A stretch of 64,000 nt of DNA from Mytilus californianus (taxonomy: Eukaryota): assembly GCF_021869535.1 (NCBI RefSeq), contig NW_026262604.1:50964001-51028000 (forward strand), read 5' to 3'. This document shows positions 48,893 through 62,145 of this stretch, one piece after another. The notes beneath the pieces are model-generated. The model was not told the DNA's origin. It did not search any database and saw nothing but the letters and a program-made list of their open reading frames with translations. Position 1 is the first letter of the stretch. Each line of letters opens with the position of its first letter. A program made the position numbers and the translations under genes.

Positions 48893-50116
48893 CTGGCAAA
48901 AAAAAAATCTGATGGTAAGAAACAATTAGGTTCAGGTTTTGTTCCTGGAAAAACATAAAATCAGATGGTAAGGAACAATTAGGTTCAGGTTTTGGTCATG
49001 GAAAAACATAAAATCAGATGGTAAGAAACAATTAGGTTCAGGATTTGTTCCTGGAAAAACATAAAATCTGATGGTAAGAAACAATTAGGTTCAGGTTTTG
49101 GTCCTAGAAAAACATAAAATCTGATGGTAAGGTACAATTAGGTTCAGGTTTTGGTCCTAGAAAAACATACAATCAGATGGTAAGGAACAATTAGGCTCAG
49201 GTTTTGGTCCTGGAAAAAACATACAATCAGATGGTAAGGAACAATTAGGCTCAGGTTTTGGTCCTGGAAAAACATAAAATCAGATGGTAAGGAACAATTG
49301 GGTTCGGGTTTTGTTCCTGGAAAAACATAAAATCAGATGGTAAGGAACAATTAGGTTCAGGTTTTGTTCCTGGAAAAACATAAAATCTGATGGTAAGGTA
49401 CAATTGGGTTCGGGTTTTGGTCCTGGAAAAAAATAAAATCTGATGGTAAGGTACAATTAGGTTCAGGTTTTGTTCCTGGAAAAACATAAAATATGATGGT
49501 AAGGTACAATTGGGTTCGGGTTTTGTTCCTGGAAAAACATAAAATCAGATGGTAAGGAACAATTGGGTTCGGTTTTTGTTCCTGGAAAAACATAAAATCA
49601 GATGGTAAGGTACAATTGGGTTCGGGTTTTGTTCCTGGAAAAACATAAAATATGATGGTAAGGTACAATTGGGTTCGGGTTTTGTTCCTGGAAAAACATA
49701 AAATCTGATGGTAAGGAACAATTGGGTTCGGGTTTTGTTCCTGGAAAAACATTAAATCAGATGGTAAGGTACAATTGGGTTCGGATTTTGTTCCTGGAAA
49801 AACATAAAATCAGATGGTAAGGAACAATTGGGTTTAGGTTTTGTTCCTGGAAAAACATAAAATCTGATGGTAAGGAACAATTGGGTTCGGGTTTTGTTCC
49901 TGGAAAAACATAAAATTAGATGGTAAGGAACAATTGGGCTCGGGTTTTGTTCCTGGAAAAACATAAAATCAGATGGTAAGGAACAATTGGGTTCGGGTTT
50001 TGTTCCTGGAAAAACATAAAATCTAATGGTAAGGAACAATTGGGTTCAGGAGTTGTTCCTGGAAAGACATGATAGCTGGTGGTAATGAACAGTTAGGTTA
50101 AAAGTTTTGGTCCTGG
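48860..50116 (-). repeat. 53-bp minisatellite made of the Kunitz exon's splice acceptor + first 13 codons
   Basis: Unit (- strand) TTTTATGTTTTTCCAG|GAACAAAACCCGAACCCAATTGTTCCTTACCATCTGA = acceptor + (G)TKPEPNCSLPSD; 24 acceptor-like sites from 48892 to 50112. Confidence 0.93.
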
Positions 50117-50464
50117 AAACATATTTTATTGTTAAAGTAACCTATTCCCCACTGATATTCAATAAACCATGAGACACAAAACATATCAAGTTTTTCCTAA
50201 TTATAAGCTTTTTAAAATATAGTACCCATAGTGTTAATGATCAAATGTATGTGTATTTAAAAGACAGCTAAATATAGCCAAATTCAAGCCTAATCAACGC
50301 CCGAACTGATTAAACTTAAAAAAAACACAACCGTTTATGCAAAATCAATGAGACGGACCGTTTAAAGTTAAATTTGTAGTCTTAGGATAATAAATTAATA
50401 TAGTATAAGACTTCTGAAAAATAATGTGAACCACATAATTATCCTTTAAAATTGATATACTTAC

Positions 50465-50528
50465 GCCAATTCCAGGTTCCAGAAACTGATACAACCAGAT
50501 AGACAGCTAAGATGATAGAAAGCTTCAT
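50465..50528 (-). CDS. K2 exon 1 (signal peptide)
   Basis: MKLSIILAVYLVVSVSGTWNW + C | GTAAGT; spliced product is 156 aa. Confidence 0.9.
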
Positions 50529-50567
50529 TTTCCTCTAAGCCTCTAACGTGAAAGACTGTTATAGGTG

Positions 50568-50574
50568 TTTTATA
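50568..50574 (-). promoter_or_regulatory. TATA box of K2
   Basis: TATAAAA ending 40 nt upstream of the ATG, matching the A/B paralogs. Confidence 0.7.
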
Positions 50575-51282
50575 GTCTGGTTGGATATGAAATATTACGG
50601 ATATTGGTAAAGCGACGATATGCGTTTCTGATGAATTAACTATCTAACGTCATTGACAGATTTCCCACACTTAAGCTCTGAGTATGACTGTTTTATTGTA
50701 CAATGATACTTAAAATGATTGCTGATTGGGTACAGACTTATATAATCTTTTGATACGTTTACGGAAAAAGGAAATGTAAAAAAAATTACCGAGGTTCATG
50801 GGTTACTTATAACTATTTTAAATCAAAAGCTCATACTCATAACTGAGAAGTTAATATTGAATAATTTATCTTATTCTTATAACTTTTTAAAAAATTAATA
50901 CATTAATTCGTGTCACGTTATCTAACACGAATCCTGATGTGACCATGGTTGTTTCAATGTGTATATTTTTCAATGAGATTGTCATGGTAAGGTATGACAC
51001 TTGTCAATTTGATTTAGTTGACGGTCTGTACATTGTGTACTTTACTCAGCAGCTGAGTTCTTAAATGTTGAATATAGCGTAATCGATATCAACCAAATAT
51101 TTCAAATTAAACTGATGTCAACAATCAACATTGGCGTGGTATATACCTCAATGTGTTTTAAGATGAAGAACCACAACAAAAACATTGCTCCTTTGATTCT
51201 GGTTTTGACAGATGAAAATTGATAATTAATTCCCCGTCTTGTAGCCTCATTGAACAAATTGACACACAGACGAATATAAAAA

Positions 51283-52112
51283 AACTAGACAAAGTGATGT
51301 ACCCGCACTCCACTCTGACGTAACTGTATTATAACAAAGTCAATGTAGGACTTTCTTTGAGAATTTATTGAATCTGGGAGACACAAATGATCCACCCGCA
51401 TATGCAAAGAGTTATTTTAAAATACACAAAGTTGAGCATGGGAGCACATAGGTCTATGATTCACTGTAGGAGGAGTTATCCGGAAACGCTATGCACCTCT
51501 GACACTCCAAAAATGACAAAGTTCAACTATTTCCCAAAAGAACAAATATTAATAAAAATCAAATCCCTGACCACATGAACACCTTCAATGTATGTAAAAA
51601 TAGCCACCAAAGTGAAAACTTCCTACTAGAGTATTCAAACTGTAGGAGGAGTTATCCGAAAACGCTATGCACCTCTTATGCAAGTATATACTCCAAAAAA
51701 GACAAAGTTCAACTATCACCCAAAAGAGCAGGTATTAATTAAAATCAAAACCCTAACCACATGCACACTTTCGATATATGTACAAACAGCCAGCAAAGTA
51801 AAAACTTCCTAGCATTTAAACCGTAGGAGGAGTTATCCGGAAACGCTATACACCTCGCATGCAGGTATATACTCCAAAAATGACAAAGTTCAACTATCTC
51901 CTAAAAGAGCAGATATTAATAAAAATCAAAACCCTGACCACATGCACACCTTCAATATATAATGTACAAACAGCCAGCAAAGTGAAAACTTCCTAGCATT
52001 CAAACTGTAGGAGGAGTTGTCTGGAATAACTATAAACCCATAATCGGACGAACGGACGGACGGACAGGGGTAAAACAATATTTCCCCAAATTTTCAGTTG
52101 CGGGGGCATAAA
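51283..52112. mobile_element. Non-autonomous Helentron-like (HINE/pearl-type) element with ~180-bp internal tandem repeats
   Basis: Repeats start at 51464, 51640, 51821, 52005; (GGAC)n microsatellite ~52045-52066; terminal CCCC...GGGG hairpin; subterminal similarity ATGTACCCGC / GCGGGGGCAT. Confidence 0.6.
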
Positions 52113-53284
52113 AATATTATACAGAAAATTTAGTGCATGGAGCTTTATATTGCGATCACAAATGTGACGTCGGATTGACAACAGACCCCGTGTTTTCAAT
52201 ACAATGATACTTGACAATAAACAGTACATCACAATTTACCACGAACACAACAAGCAAAGTGTATACATCCTGTAAAGTTCTGCATGGCGGTATACATTTA
52301 ACTAATCAGTATTTAAACATACATGTAGTTTTGACAAATATTGTGTAAAAAAGATAATAGCTTTTAGCAATTCAATTTACATTCAGAACTACAGAGTATC
52401 CAATACCCGCTGAAATCAATTAAGTAATATCTAAAATAGTCAATTTGGTTATTGCGTCTACACATACGTCTTGTGTGTACCATTATGACGCACTTAGTCT
52501 CGTTCTAAAGGTGGATAAAAACTGCAATGTTGGTAAATTTGGCACATAACCCCACTCCATCAAACAAAGAATAACAGAAGCAAACAAACAAAAAGCCATG
52601 ACAACAAGCACATAACCTTAACCAAAATTATATTGAAAGAAAAAGCTACGTGTTTACTTACACATGTAAATTATGGGATAGTTAATGATGTTCTTTATCA
52701 ATGAAAAACTGTACATAAAAATAAAAATGTGCATTGTTGTATTTACAGTAGCATTTGGATTAATACATGGATATATGCAAACAACAATGTAAACTCCTTA
52801 ATATAAAAATAAAAAAGATGTGAAATAGTTGCCAATGAGACAACTCTTAATTAGAGACCAAACGACATAGAAGTTAACAACTATAGGTCATCGTACGACC
52901 TTCAACATTAAAAAAAAAACCCATACCACATAATCAGCTATAAAAGACCCAGAAATGAAAAATGTAGAACAATTCAAACGAGAAACTTAAAGCCTGATTT
53001 ATGTAAAATGAAAAACAATGAACGAAAACCAATATGATATACAGCAACGATCGAAATCCACTGAATACAGTCTCCTGACTTTGGACAGGCACACATACAG
53101 AATGTGGCGGGGTTAAACATGTTAGCGGGCGACCAACCCTCTTTATATATTTTACCTAAACCATTCAATATTCAAACTCAGGAGGGTTTTATCAACCTTG
53201 GGATTTTGAATATGCATGTGTTTGTCCTTTACCGTATTTTTGTTTATGGCAAATCTTCTGTAGTCCCACTTATATTTATATAGA

Positions 53285-53770
53285 TATAAGAAGATGTGGT
53301 ATGAGTGCCAATGAGACAACTCTCCATCCAAGTCAAAATTTATAAAAGTAAACCATTATAGGTCACAGTACGGTCTTCAACACGGAGCCTTGGCTCACAC
53401 CGAACAGTAAGCTATAAAGGGCCCCAAAATTTACTAGTGTAAAACCATTCAAACGGGAAAACCAACGGTCTAATCTATATAAAAAACGAGAAACGAGAAA
53501 CACTTATGAACCACATCAACAAACGACAACTACTGAACATCAGATTCCTGACTTAGGACAGGTGCAAACAAATGCAGCGGGTTTAAACGTTTTAATGGTA
53601 CCAAACCTTCACCCTTTTTCTGAAACAATAGTGTAACATCACAACATAGAAAGACACACTATAAAATATCAACTGAAATAGCTTAACTCAATCAAAGGAC
53701 ATATTAACACCAGTGAACAAACACTGAACAAAGAAATTTGACCTATGATACAATGTAAATACAAAATAAA
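53285..53770 (+). repeat. Abundant dispersed repeat (AAGATGTGGTATGA.TGCCAATGAGACAACTCTCC family)
   Basis: Long copy here; shorter copies near 570, 18675, 39515, 52815, 54805, 56105, 60112 and reverse near 63625-63655. Family name not assigned. Confidence 0.75.
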
Positions 53771-54022
53771 TAAACTAAGGGAAGAATAATAAAAGTAACA
53801 TGTTATATCGGTATGAAATGTTACAATTTAAGAAAAACAATATGCTCGAACAAAAATATCAGCCATTTATACACATTTTCTTATAAATAAAAATTACACA
53901 CTTTTATATATTTTGTGCGAAAGCTTTTATGGATTTACCTTTATCATAAACGCTTAAACCAAACATTTGAAGGTCAGAGATTGATATATATATGACCAAA
54001 TGGGACCGAAAAAGAATAGTTA

Positions 54023-54755
54023 CAGCACATTGACTTGAGTTTGTAGGTAAAAAAATGAAATCATCTTTAGCTAAGGTACTACCTTCTTTTGGGCGAAGTC
54101 AATAGTTAAGCCAAGAATCAATCAAAATTAGGAATAATATAATATTGTGAAACCAGTTTTACAAGTTAGTTCAAAAATATGTTATCAAGTTGTACATGTT
54201 GTAGGTGTGTTTGATTTGTCAATTTTATTTCAATCAATTACATCTGTTCATTGATAATTATAGATTGTTTACATGTGTAATTTTATATAACATAGTGATT
54301 TAATCAATTAAAAAAAACTTTTCATATCCTTATTATTTATGTAAGGATATCATAATCTTTTATTATTATGTGTATTTTTGGGGGAAGTGCTACAGAAGGT
54401 GTAAAAATAAACTTAGTCGGGTCATCTTTGAGATGTCACCGTTCCTCTCACCATGCTGTTGTAAAAATGGTATTGTATTGTTTCGATTTGAATGAAATTT
54501 ACAAATCAAACACACCTACAACATGTTTGTGAGTTAGCTTATAATTGAAAATTAAGATTGAATACATATTTCTAAACTGGTTTCACACTGTTAATGCACT
54601 GTCCTTACTTTTGATTGGTTCTCTACTAAACTATACTAATTGACTCTGCCCAAAAAGAAGGTAGTACCTTAACTTATAATGATTTCAAGGTTCAGCTAGC
54701 AAAGCAAGCTTACCGAAGATATTACCTTTACCTATACACTCAAGTCATTGTGCTG
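54023..54755. mobile_element. Tc1/mariner-type MITE (foldback)
   Basis: TA-CAGCACATTGACTTGAGT...ACTCAAGTCATTGTGCTG-TA; imperfect inverted arms extend about 220 bp; TA on both sides. Confidence 0.72.
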
Positions 54756-54968
54756 TAAAGCTGTCTAAGCTTGACATATGTGATATGATACCTTTTATAA
54801 AAATAAGAAGATGTGGTATGATTGCCAATGAGAAAATTCTCCATAAGAGACCAAATGACACCTATATTAACAACTATATGTCACCGTACGGCCTTCCACA
54901 ACTTTTGTTCACTAAACACACATTAATTATAACATTAATAAATTGATGATTACACCATGTTTGTTTAA

Positions 54969-57900
54969 CACTGTGTATCATCGCCACCGGAAATTGGGTA
55001 CTAACGAAGCTGAGAGAAATGGAAAAAAAAAGTAAACAAGTAAGAATTCATTCAATTTAAAGCATTTCTACTGATTTGACGAGGGTACCGCTTAAGAAAT
55101 GATTTTCTGATATATAATTCTTTAAATTATTAGGCCGATAAGTACAAAATTAAGACAAGATTTTGTGTTATACTCCAAAGCTTGCCACTTAGTACCTGAA
55201 AATTTCGAGGTCGATTGTCCTCTGTCGCCCCATTGGCAAGATATTCAACTGTTTTTCATTATTTTTCCAGACACGTTTTTAGATTACGATAGTGTGACAT
55301 CATATTGACTGAGATCTGTCATAAAGGTGTTTTTAAAGAATATGGACCAAAACATTGTTTGTTTATTGTACGGCGAATTGCAGGACGTTGTACGGCGAAT
55401 TGCAAAATAACAACTTTTGTCTGTACGGCGTCTTGCAATATATTGTAATTTAAAGATGAAATTAATTACTGTTTAGATAATATCAAGTGACGAAATTTTG
55501 GCTGTATCAAAGCTTTACCGGCTTACAAATATACAAAATAAACTACTTATCAAATATTATAAAATATATGCCGTTAATTTCGTTCAGAAGTCGTCGTTGC
55601 GTACTTCTATTTGACTTTTTGTTTTTAAAGATAAAAAGTTTTTTTTTTCAACCATATTATCCTAAATACATTCATATATCGTTAAAATACTAACGACTGT
55701 TGTCTTATTTGTTGTCAGGGTGAAATTTTGTAAGTTCAATAAAAAAAAAACGACCATTCATCTTTTGTTGGCGCTGTTCTTTTTTTTTTAAATATAAACA
55801 GTGGAGATGTTGTATGATTGCAAATAAGATAACTATCCACCAGGGTCAAATAAAGTGTATGTAAGCAATTATATGCTATCGTTTGGCCTTCAACAACGAA
55901 AAATCGTACCTTACAGTCGGCTATAAAAAGCCCCGACATGAAAATTGTGGAAGGATTCAACAAGAAAACTAACGGCCTAACTCATAACAAAACAATTAAC
56001 GAAAAATAACAAATATGATAGAGATGAACCAACGACAACCACCAAACTACAGGCTCGTGGCTTCGGACAGACACATAAAGAATGTGCTGGGTTAAATAGA
56101 TATAGGAAGATGTGGTATGAGTGCCAATGAGACAACTCTCCATCCAAGTCACAATTTATAAAAGTAAACCATTATAGGTCAAGGTACGGTCTTCAACATT
56201 GTTTATTGTTTATTTTTTAAATTTCTGAAATGAATAATTTATTAAAAGAAAAGTGAAGAAAATACTTTGTTTTCATTGAAAATTAGGAGAAATAAATCAT
56301 GAATTGTGTTTCGAATTAATTTTCTTGTTTCTTATTGAAAATAAGATTGTATTTTTTTTTTTAGTTTAAGTAAATTCAATCAATCTTTTTATTTACAGGG
56401 GAAAAAAAATAAAAAGCTGTTGCTAACTAAAGGCTGTTTGGCCTAAACTTAAATGAGTAGATGGAGGGGTAGTGAAAAGGCGTGTATTCGTCCGAATTTT
56501 CATTGTTACAGTCGTACATTTTCATGATTACTATGTATAATATTACTCAGTAAATTATAATGTGAATATTGTGCCAATTAAAATTATGTAATTAATACAA
56601 GTAAGACTTGCATTTGCCTTAAAAGATATAGCAGTACGTGATTATTTGTTTTCAAACACACCTTCTCTGTTTTGAAACTTATAAAGGTATGGATCTCGGC
56701 CTATCTGTTTGGTTGAATATAAATGTGAATTCATAGAGTTTCAAAATCAACAGTAAGCCCTATTTTTGTGTGTGTGTAAATAATCTAATCTTTAGATAAA
56801 TGCTAAAATTAAAATCATTTTTCTTAATAAGAAGAAAAAAGTGCAACTTAAGCACGCCTGAATGTAAAAAGGTGTACCCGACTTATTCGTTCACGACAAG
56901 AATTTACCGATTTCGGTATTTTAACAAAACTGTTTACGAGGGCAAATAAATAAATGAATGCTATCAAATCAACATTTAAATTTACGTGGATTTTTCCAAA
57001 AGAATTTATGAGTATGCACCATCAGGATTCAAAAATATTTCAAACTGTCCTTATTAGATGTTATTTCATTATGATTCTTTAAACTTACAAGTCGAAGATG
57101 CTAGCTTTTGTGAATTGTATTAATAAGTATATAATTTTAAGATGACAACCAAAATAAACCTCATACAAGGTCATCTTTATTCTCAAGTAGAAAGTTTATA
57201 TAAATAGTTTATGTCGTAGCCATAGCCGGATTTGTATCCCTTGTATCGGATTCTTCTTTCATTCTTTCCAAAAAAGATTAATCTGAGGTTAATATTTTTT
57301 TTAAATTTAAACAGTGTTAGCCACCGAGCTTGTTCATTTCTTACTATATAGAGATGAAGTATTTTTTTAGATATTGGCTGTATCTGCCTTTTACAAATAA
57401 GAAAATAACATTAATTGAAAAAGGAGACGTGGAATGGTTTTCACTGAGAGGACTTTCAAACAAAGACCAAATGAAATAGATTTGACCAACTATTGGTTAC
57501 TATACACTTCACAATGAACAAAACCCATACCGTATCAAAATTGCCTGATTTATGACAAAATCATAAACAAATATGTCAGGCAGCAACTTACGACAGCCGC
57601 TATATGACATGTTCCTAACCAGGGACAAACACATATATATTGAGGCGGGCTTTAACATGTTTGTGAGCACTCAAACCTCCCTTAACATGGTGCCGTGGTG
57701 TAGCAATACAACATTTTTTTTTTTTTTACAGAGAATGATAATTCATTTATATTTCATTTTATCTGAAAGTTGAAAGAGAATTCTTTCACTTAATGGTTCT
57801 AAATATTCAATGCGGAAAAATTCTCCTGCCATTACCTCCTTCCTTCCCTCCACCCACAACCCATCCCCGAAATGTTCATCACTTATATGCAAATGCTGAC

Positions 57901-58898
57901 TAATGTTGTATGGTTAAAACATTTAGTTGAGGCAATATAAAGTTTGAGAACAGAAACGAAAGCTTTAGCTTGTTTTCATTTATAAAAGGGCATAACTCAA
58001 GAACGGTAACAGTGACGCTACCCAGTTTATAACTTGATCTGTGTTTTGTGGCGATAAGCATTTAGTGTAAGTTTTAAAACATTTGTTTAAGGCATACGAA
58101 AGTTAGAGAACGGAAACCAATTATTGGGACTTTCTGGACGGACGGGCATGGGTAACATTTAACGCTACGTCAGGGCAGAACAACAGGTCAATAAAACAGT
58201 GACATGCCTTTCCGAAAGTTACAACATTTGCCAGCTTTTGTATATGCCGTATTCATATTGTATACATCAGGTATGTAAAAGATGTAATAGGACTGTGTTC
58301 AAGCCTTATATTGTGTATACATCTTAAATGGTGTCAAGCGAATTGTATTTTTATCAAATGCATATTCAGATATTTGAACCTAATACTTTTCTTTAAAAAG
58401 ACGGCAAATAAATATTTTGAAATTAGCAAGTTGCCATACAGTTGAAAACAAGTTGCCAAACAGTAAATTTGTCAACATGAGCAAGTTGCCGTACCCTAGA
58501 CTTTATTTTTTATGGTCTATATTCTTTAAAAACGTTCATTTTGACAACATATTTCAGTAAATATGATGCCAAACTATAATAATCTAAAAAAGTGTCTGGA
58601 AAAATAATGAAAAACAGTTGAATATCTTGCCAATGGGGCGACAGAGGACGATCGACATCGAAATTTTCAGGTACTAAGTGGCAAGTTCTTGAGTATAACA
58701 CAAAATCTTGTCTTAATTTTGTACTTATCGGCCTAATAATTTAAAGAATTATATATCAGAAAATCATTTCTTAAGCGGTACCCTCGTCAAATCAGTGGAA
58801 ATGCTTTAAATTGAATGAATTCTTACCTTGTTTACTTTTTTTTTCCATTTCTCTCAGCTTCGTTAGTACCCAATTTCCGGTGGCGATGATACACAGTG
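54969..58898. mobile_element. Non-autonomous DNA transposon with CACTGTG termini and 5-bp TSD (Transib/RAG-like superfamily candidate)
   Basis: Near-identical inverted arms over ~340 bp, weaker to ~420 bp; TTTAA at 54964-54968 and 58899-58903; three subterminal GTACGGC(G/A)A.TTGC motifs per arm; no transposase ORF. Confidence 0.8.
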
Positions 58899-61216
58899 TT
58901 TAAGTAAGAAACAGTAAATCAATTTAGCAAGCGACAATTAATCATTATTGTACATCATGTGCCAAACTATTACGCGAGCCGGATTGATATTCGCGGAACG
59001 GTTGTACAGGTCGTGTTAACAGAGTTCTGTATCACACCTTATTGTTTGCTTATTTACTGATGTTCTTGAACTGTCGGTTCCTGAGGTACCACTAGCTTTG
59101 TAACCAATGTATCGGTATGTGTGAATGGAATACATCATGTACTAAATTGAGCTAAAATATCGTTGCTGAAATTTTCGTTGGTAGCTTAGAATTTTTCGAT
59201 GAAATGTCCAACGCCCTTAAAGATTTAGTGTGAGATTCCCTGTTCATAAATTCTTGCATTTTACTAACACAGCTCACGGTTACTAATTCCTTATGCAAAG
59301 TCGGTCTTACCGGTTGCGTATGATCTATTTGTAACTTACATTGTATGCTCTCAAATTTTGTTTATATTAGGTATTATAGTAGGATCACCTATTTGTTTGT
59401 CCCTGATGTAAATTATTGTAGAAACACGTGACATGCGCATTAAACCATTCAATTAAAAGCAAAATATGACTAAAAGGTGGAAAAAATGCTTTATATATCA
59501 ATATATATGTTATTCTCATTGAGATATGTAATGTATTTTTTTAACAGTTCTCCCAACATTTCTATATTTGCTTTTAGACACATACTATACGTACTAATGG
59601 GACAGGTCGAGAAGAGTCTTTTATTTCGTTTGGGTAAATAAAGGTATTATACAGTGTTATACAACATAAAAATAACAATGTATGTAATAATAACTCTTGT
59701 TATAGACGACCATTTGTAAAATTTGCCATGATATTACATGAACGTACAATTATGTATTCATTTTTAAATTATGGTCTATTTTGTGGCAAAAAGGGGTTTG
59801 TTCATTGTATAAAACTACTTCTAGCATCACTGAAAACACATTATGTGTCGAAATCTGATGAAAACAAATGGTATCGTTTAATATTATCATAGTGAACATT
59901 TCCCGTTCCACTAGTTGTACCCGTCTTTAGACCCTTTGTTACCAAAAAAAAGATCAAGCGTTCAGCATAATGAAAAAAAATGTTCATGTAGGCGGTAATA
60001 CACTGCATAGCTTCATAGGCGTTGACTTATTTAAAAAAAAACACACACACACACACACAAAAAAAAAAGACAGACACTTACCCTATTAGTTAGGTATTTA
60101 TAAAAATAATAAAATGTGGTATGATTTCCAATGAGACAACTATCCACAGGAGACCAAAATGACATTGTTCTTTTATTATTAACTTGATACTAAACTGTTA
60201 GAAATCCAATATAAACCTAAGGTGCCATTGTGAAAAGGAGTTTCGTGCTTTTTTTTGTTTGTTATATGCATAGTATTGTCTGTTGTTCTTCAAATTCTTA
60301 TTTTTGATAGGATAACTGTTCATATCTTTTTCCCTCTTTTCTCCCCTATGCCGTTTTGTATCGGTACCAAATGACCGAGAAAGGTGTTTTTGCCAAGTCT
60401 AATGATCATATGAAAACAACGATTAACAATGCGAGTGGGGGAGCTATTCAATGATGATCATGTTTGTTCGTTTTGGCGTTCGTATTTAAAATCTGTTATT
60501 CTTCTAAACCTATGGCGGGATTATCTTCGAACTTGCAGAAAATCTTAAGTACCTAATGGTAATAGTTATACATCTCTCCTTGAATTATTTTGCAGCTAAA
60601 TTACTTGGTATTTTATACCCCAAAAAGTGGGCGTGACCATTACTGCATACATAAATTTTTTTTGAGTAGACATTTTATTACAACTAGTCCTATAAAACAA
60701 CTGAGTGATCTTCGTTGAATGGAATAACTTTTTAATCTAACATGAACCTAGTATTTTGATATCGTTTCCATCCTAAATATCAATCGAGGTAAAAGAACAT
60801 TGCTTTTTCCATGCAAATGATATTGCAAGTCAACAGTCTGTAAATATTAAAGGTGATGGTATTTTGACACAAGGTTTATTTTTGAAAAGCATTGAGGTAA
60901 ATTTGGTTTAAAAAAATTTGATGGGCAGTTCATGTTTATATTGTGAAATGCCAAGCAAATCCGTTCGACAGGCTATCACATATTGTGCGAAAAAGATACA
61001 TTTGAACGATGCAAAAATGTTGCATTGATTTAATTCAATAAATTTTATACGACAAAAAGCACACATATAATGGTAATGAAAATGTTTGGCAGTCAAATTA
61101 TCCATCTTAAGTATGCACATCATATTGTTTATATGAATTATTACACAATTTCTTTTCATTACACGAATACTTAAGAAATTGCCGAAAATCTGATATTAAT
61201 AGTCAAGGCCATATAA

Positions 61217-61614
61217 TCACGCTGGTGATGGTGTTTGGCCATTAGGCATCTCATCCATACCACCACCGTTTCCGCCATCTCCTCCACCACCACCATTTCC
61301 TCCACCATTTCCACCATTTCCACCATTACCTCCGTTTCCACCGTTTCCACCACCATCACTGCCACCACCATTTCCGCCATTTCCACCGCCTCCCCCATCA
61401 CCACCGTTACCAAAACCGCCATCTCCACCGTTTCCACCGCTTCCACCATTACCTCCGTCACCAGAACCACTATCTCCGCCGTTCCCGCCATTCCCTCCAT
61501 TTCCTCCGTTTCCGCCAGATGGCATCATTGTAGAAGTTTTTGTGTACCAGCCACCTCCTCCACCCATATTTGGTGTCATGCGTCCATTACTACTCATGTC
61601 GGTTTGTCCATCAC
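61217..61614 (-). CDS. K1 terminal exon: acidic Gly/Asn/Asp-rich tail
   Basis: Acceptor TTTTATTGTTCAG; T + GT = 6th Kunitz Cys, then DGQTDMSSNGRMTPNMGGGGGWYTKTST...(GGN)n...GMDEMPNGQTPSPA*; 398 nt. Confidence 0.9.
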
Positions 61615-62109
61615 CTGAACAATAAAAACTAATTGTTAAATACATGTACTGTTTTTCAAATAATAGTCAGGTAAACCATTTATAACGTTTCAAACAATAC
61701 TGGTATAAGTGTTTGAAAATGAGAGGCAAACGATACTTTAGGGATAAACTCATAAATTGAAAATAAACTGACAACGCAATGGCAAAAAAACGAAAAAATA
61801 CCAATGAAAAACAGTGTACAAAACACACCATAGAAAACTTTAGATGGAGCAACACGAGCCACAACACAAACCGGGGATGACTTCATGTGCTCTGGAAGGG
61901 TAAGCAGATCCTGTTCCCCTTGTGAGACCCGACGTGTTGAGTTAGTTAGTGGTTGTCATTGTCAGGAGTAAGACGTAAGGCATCGCCTTGTTCAAACAAT
62001 AAAACAGCGGGTTAATAAGTAAAAGCAAAGAAACGTATTTTAAATTGTCCTTAGATTAATGAGTAAAATACTTTGTCTATTAGACAAATTATGAGAGGTT
62101 GTCTTAATT

Positions 62110-62111
<2 letters not shown>

Positions 62112-62140
<29 letters not shown>
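62112..62140. repeat. (GA)n microsatellite
   Basis: About 14 GA units. Confidence 0.9.

Positions 62141-62145
<5 letters not shown>

Noticed and set aside
48860-50116. CRISPR-like appearance of the 53-bp and 62-bp arrays
   Set aside because: No unique spacers, no cas genes, eukaryotic context; these are head-to-tail minisatellites.
54969-55010. A true 12/23 RSS or intact ProtoRAG
   Set aside because: No nonamer at either spacing, TIRs are symmetric, and no RAG1/RAG2-like coding sequence is present.
57846-57868. G-quadruplex motif on the minus strand (GGGGATGGGTTGTGGGTGGAGGG)
   Set aside because: Single instance inside a transposon interior with no functional context.
59000-59330. GC-richer minus-strand stretch with TGKT, resembling a decayed P-loop ORF
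   Set aside because: Multiple stops in the frames examined and no further motif; cannot be supported without a search.
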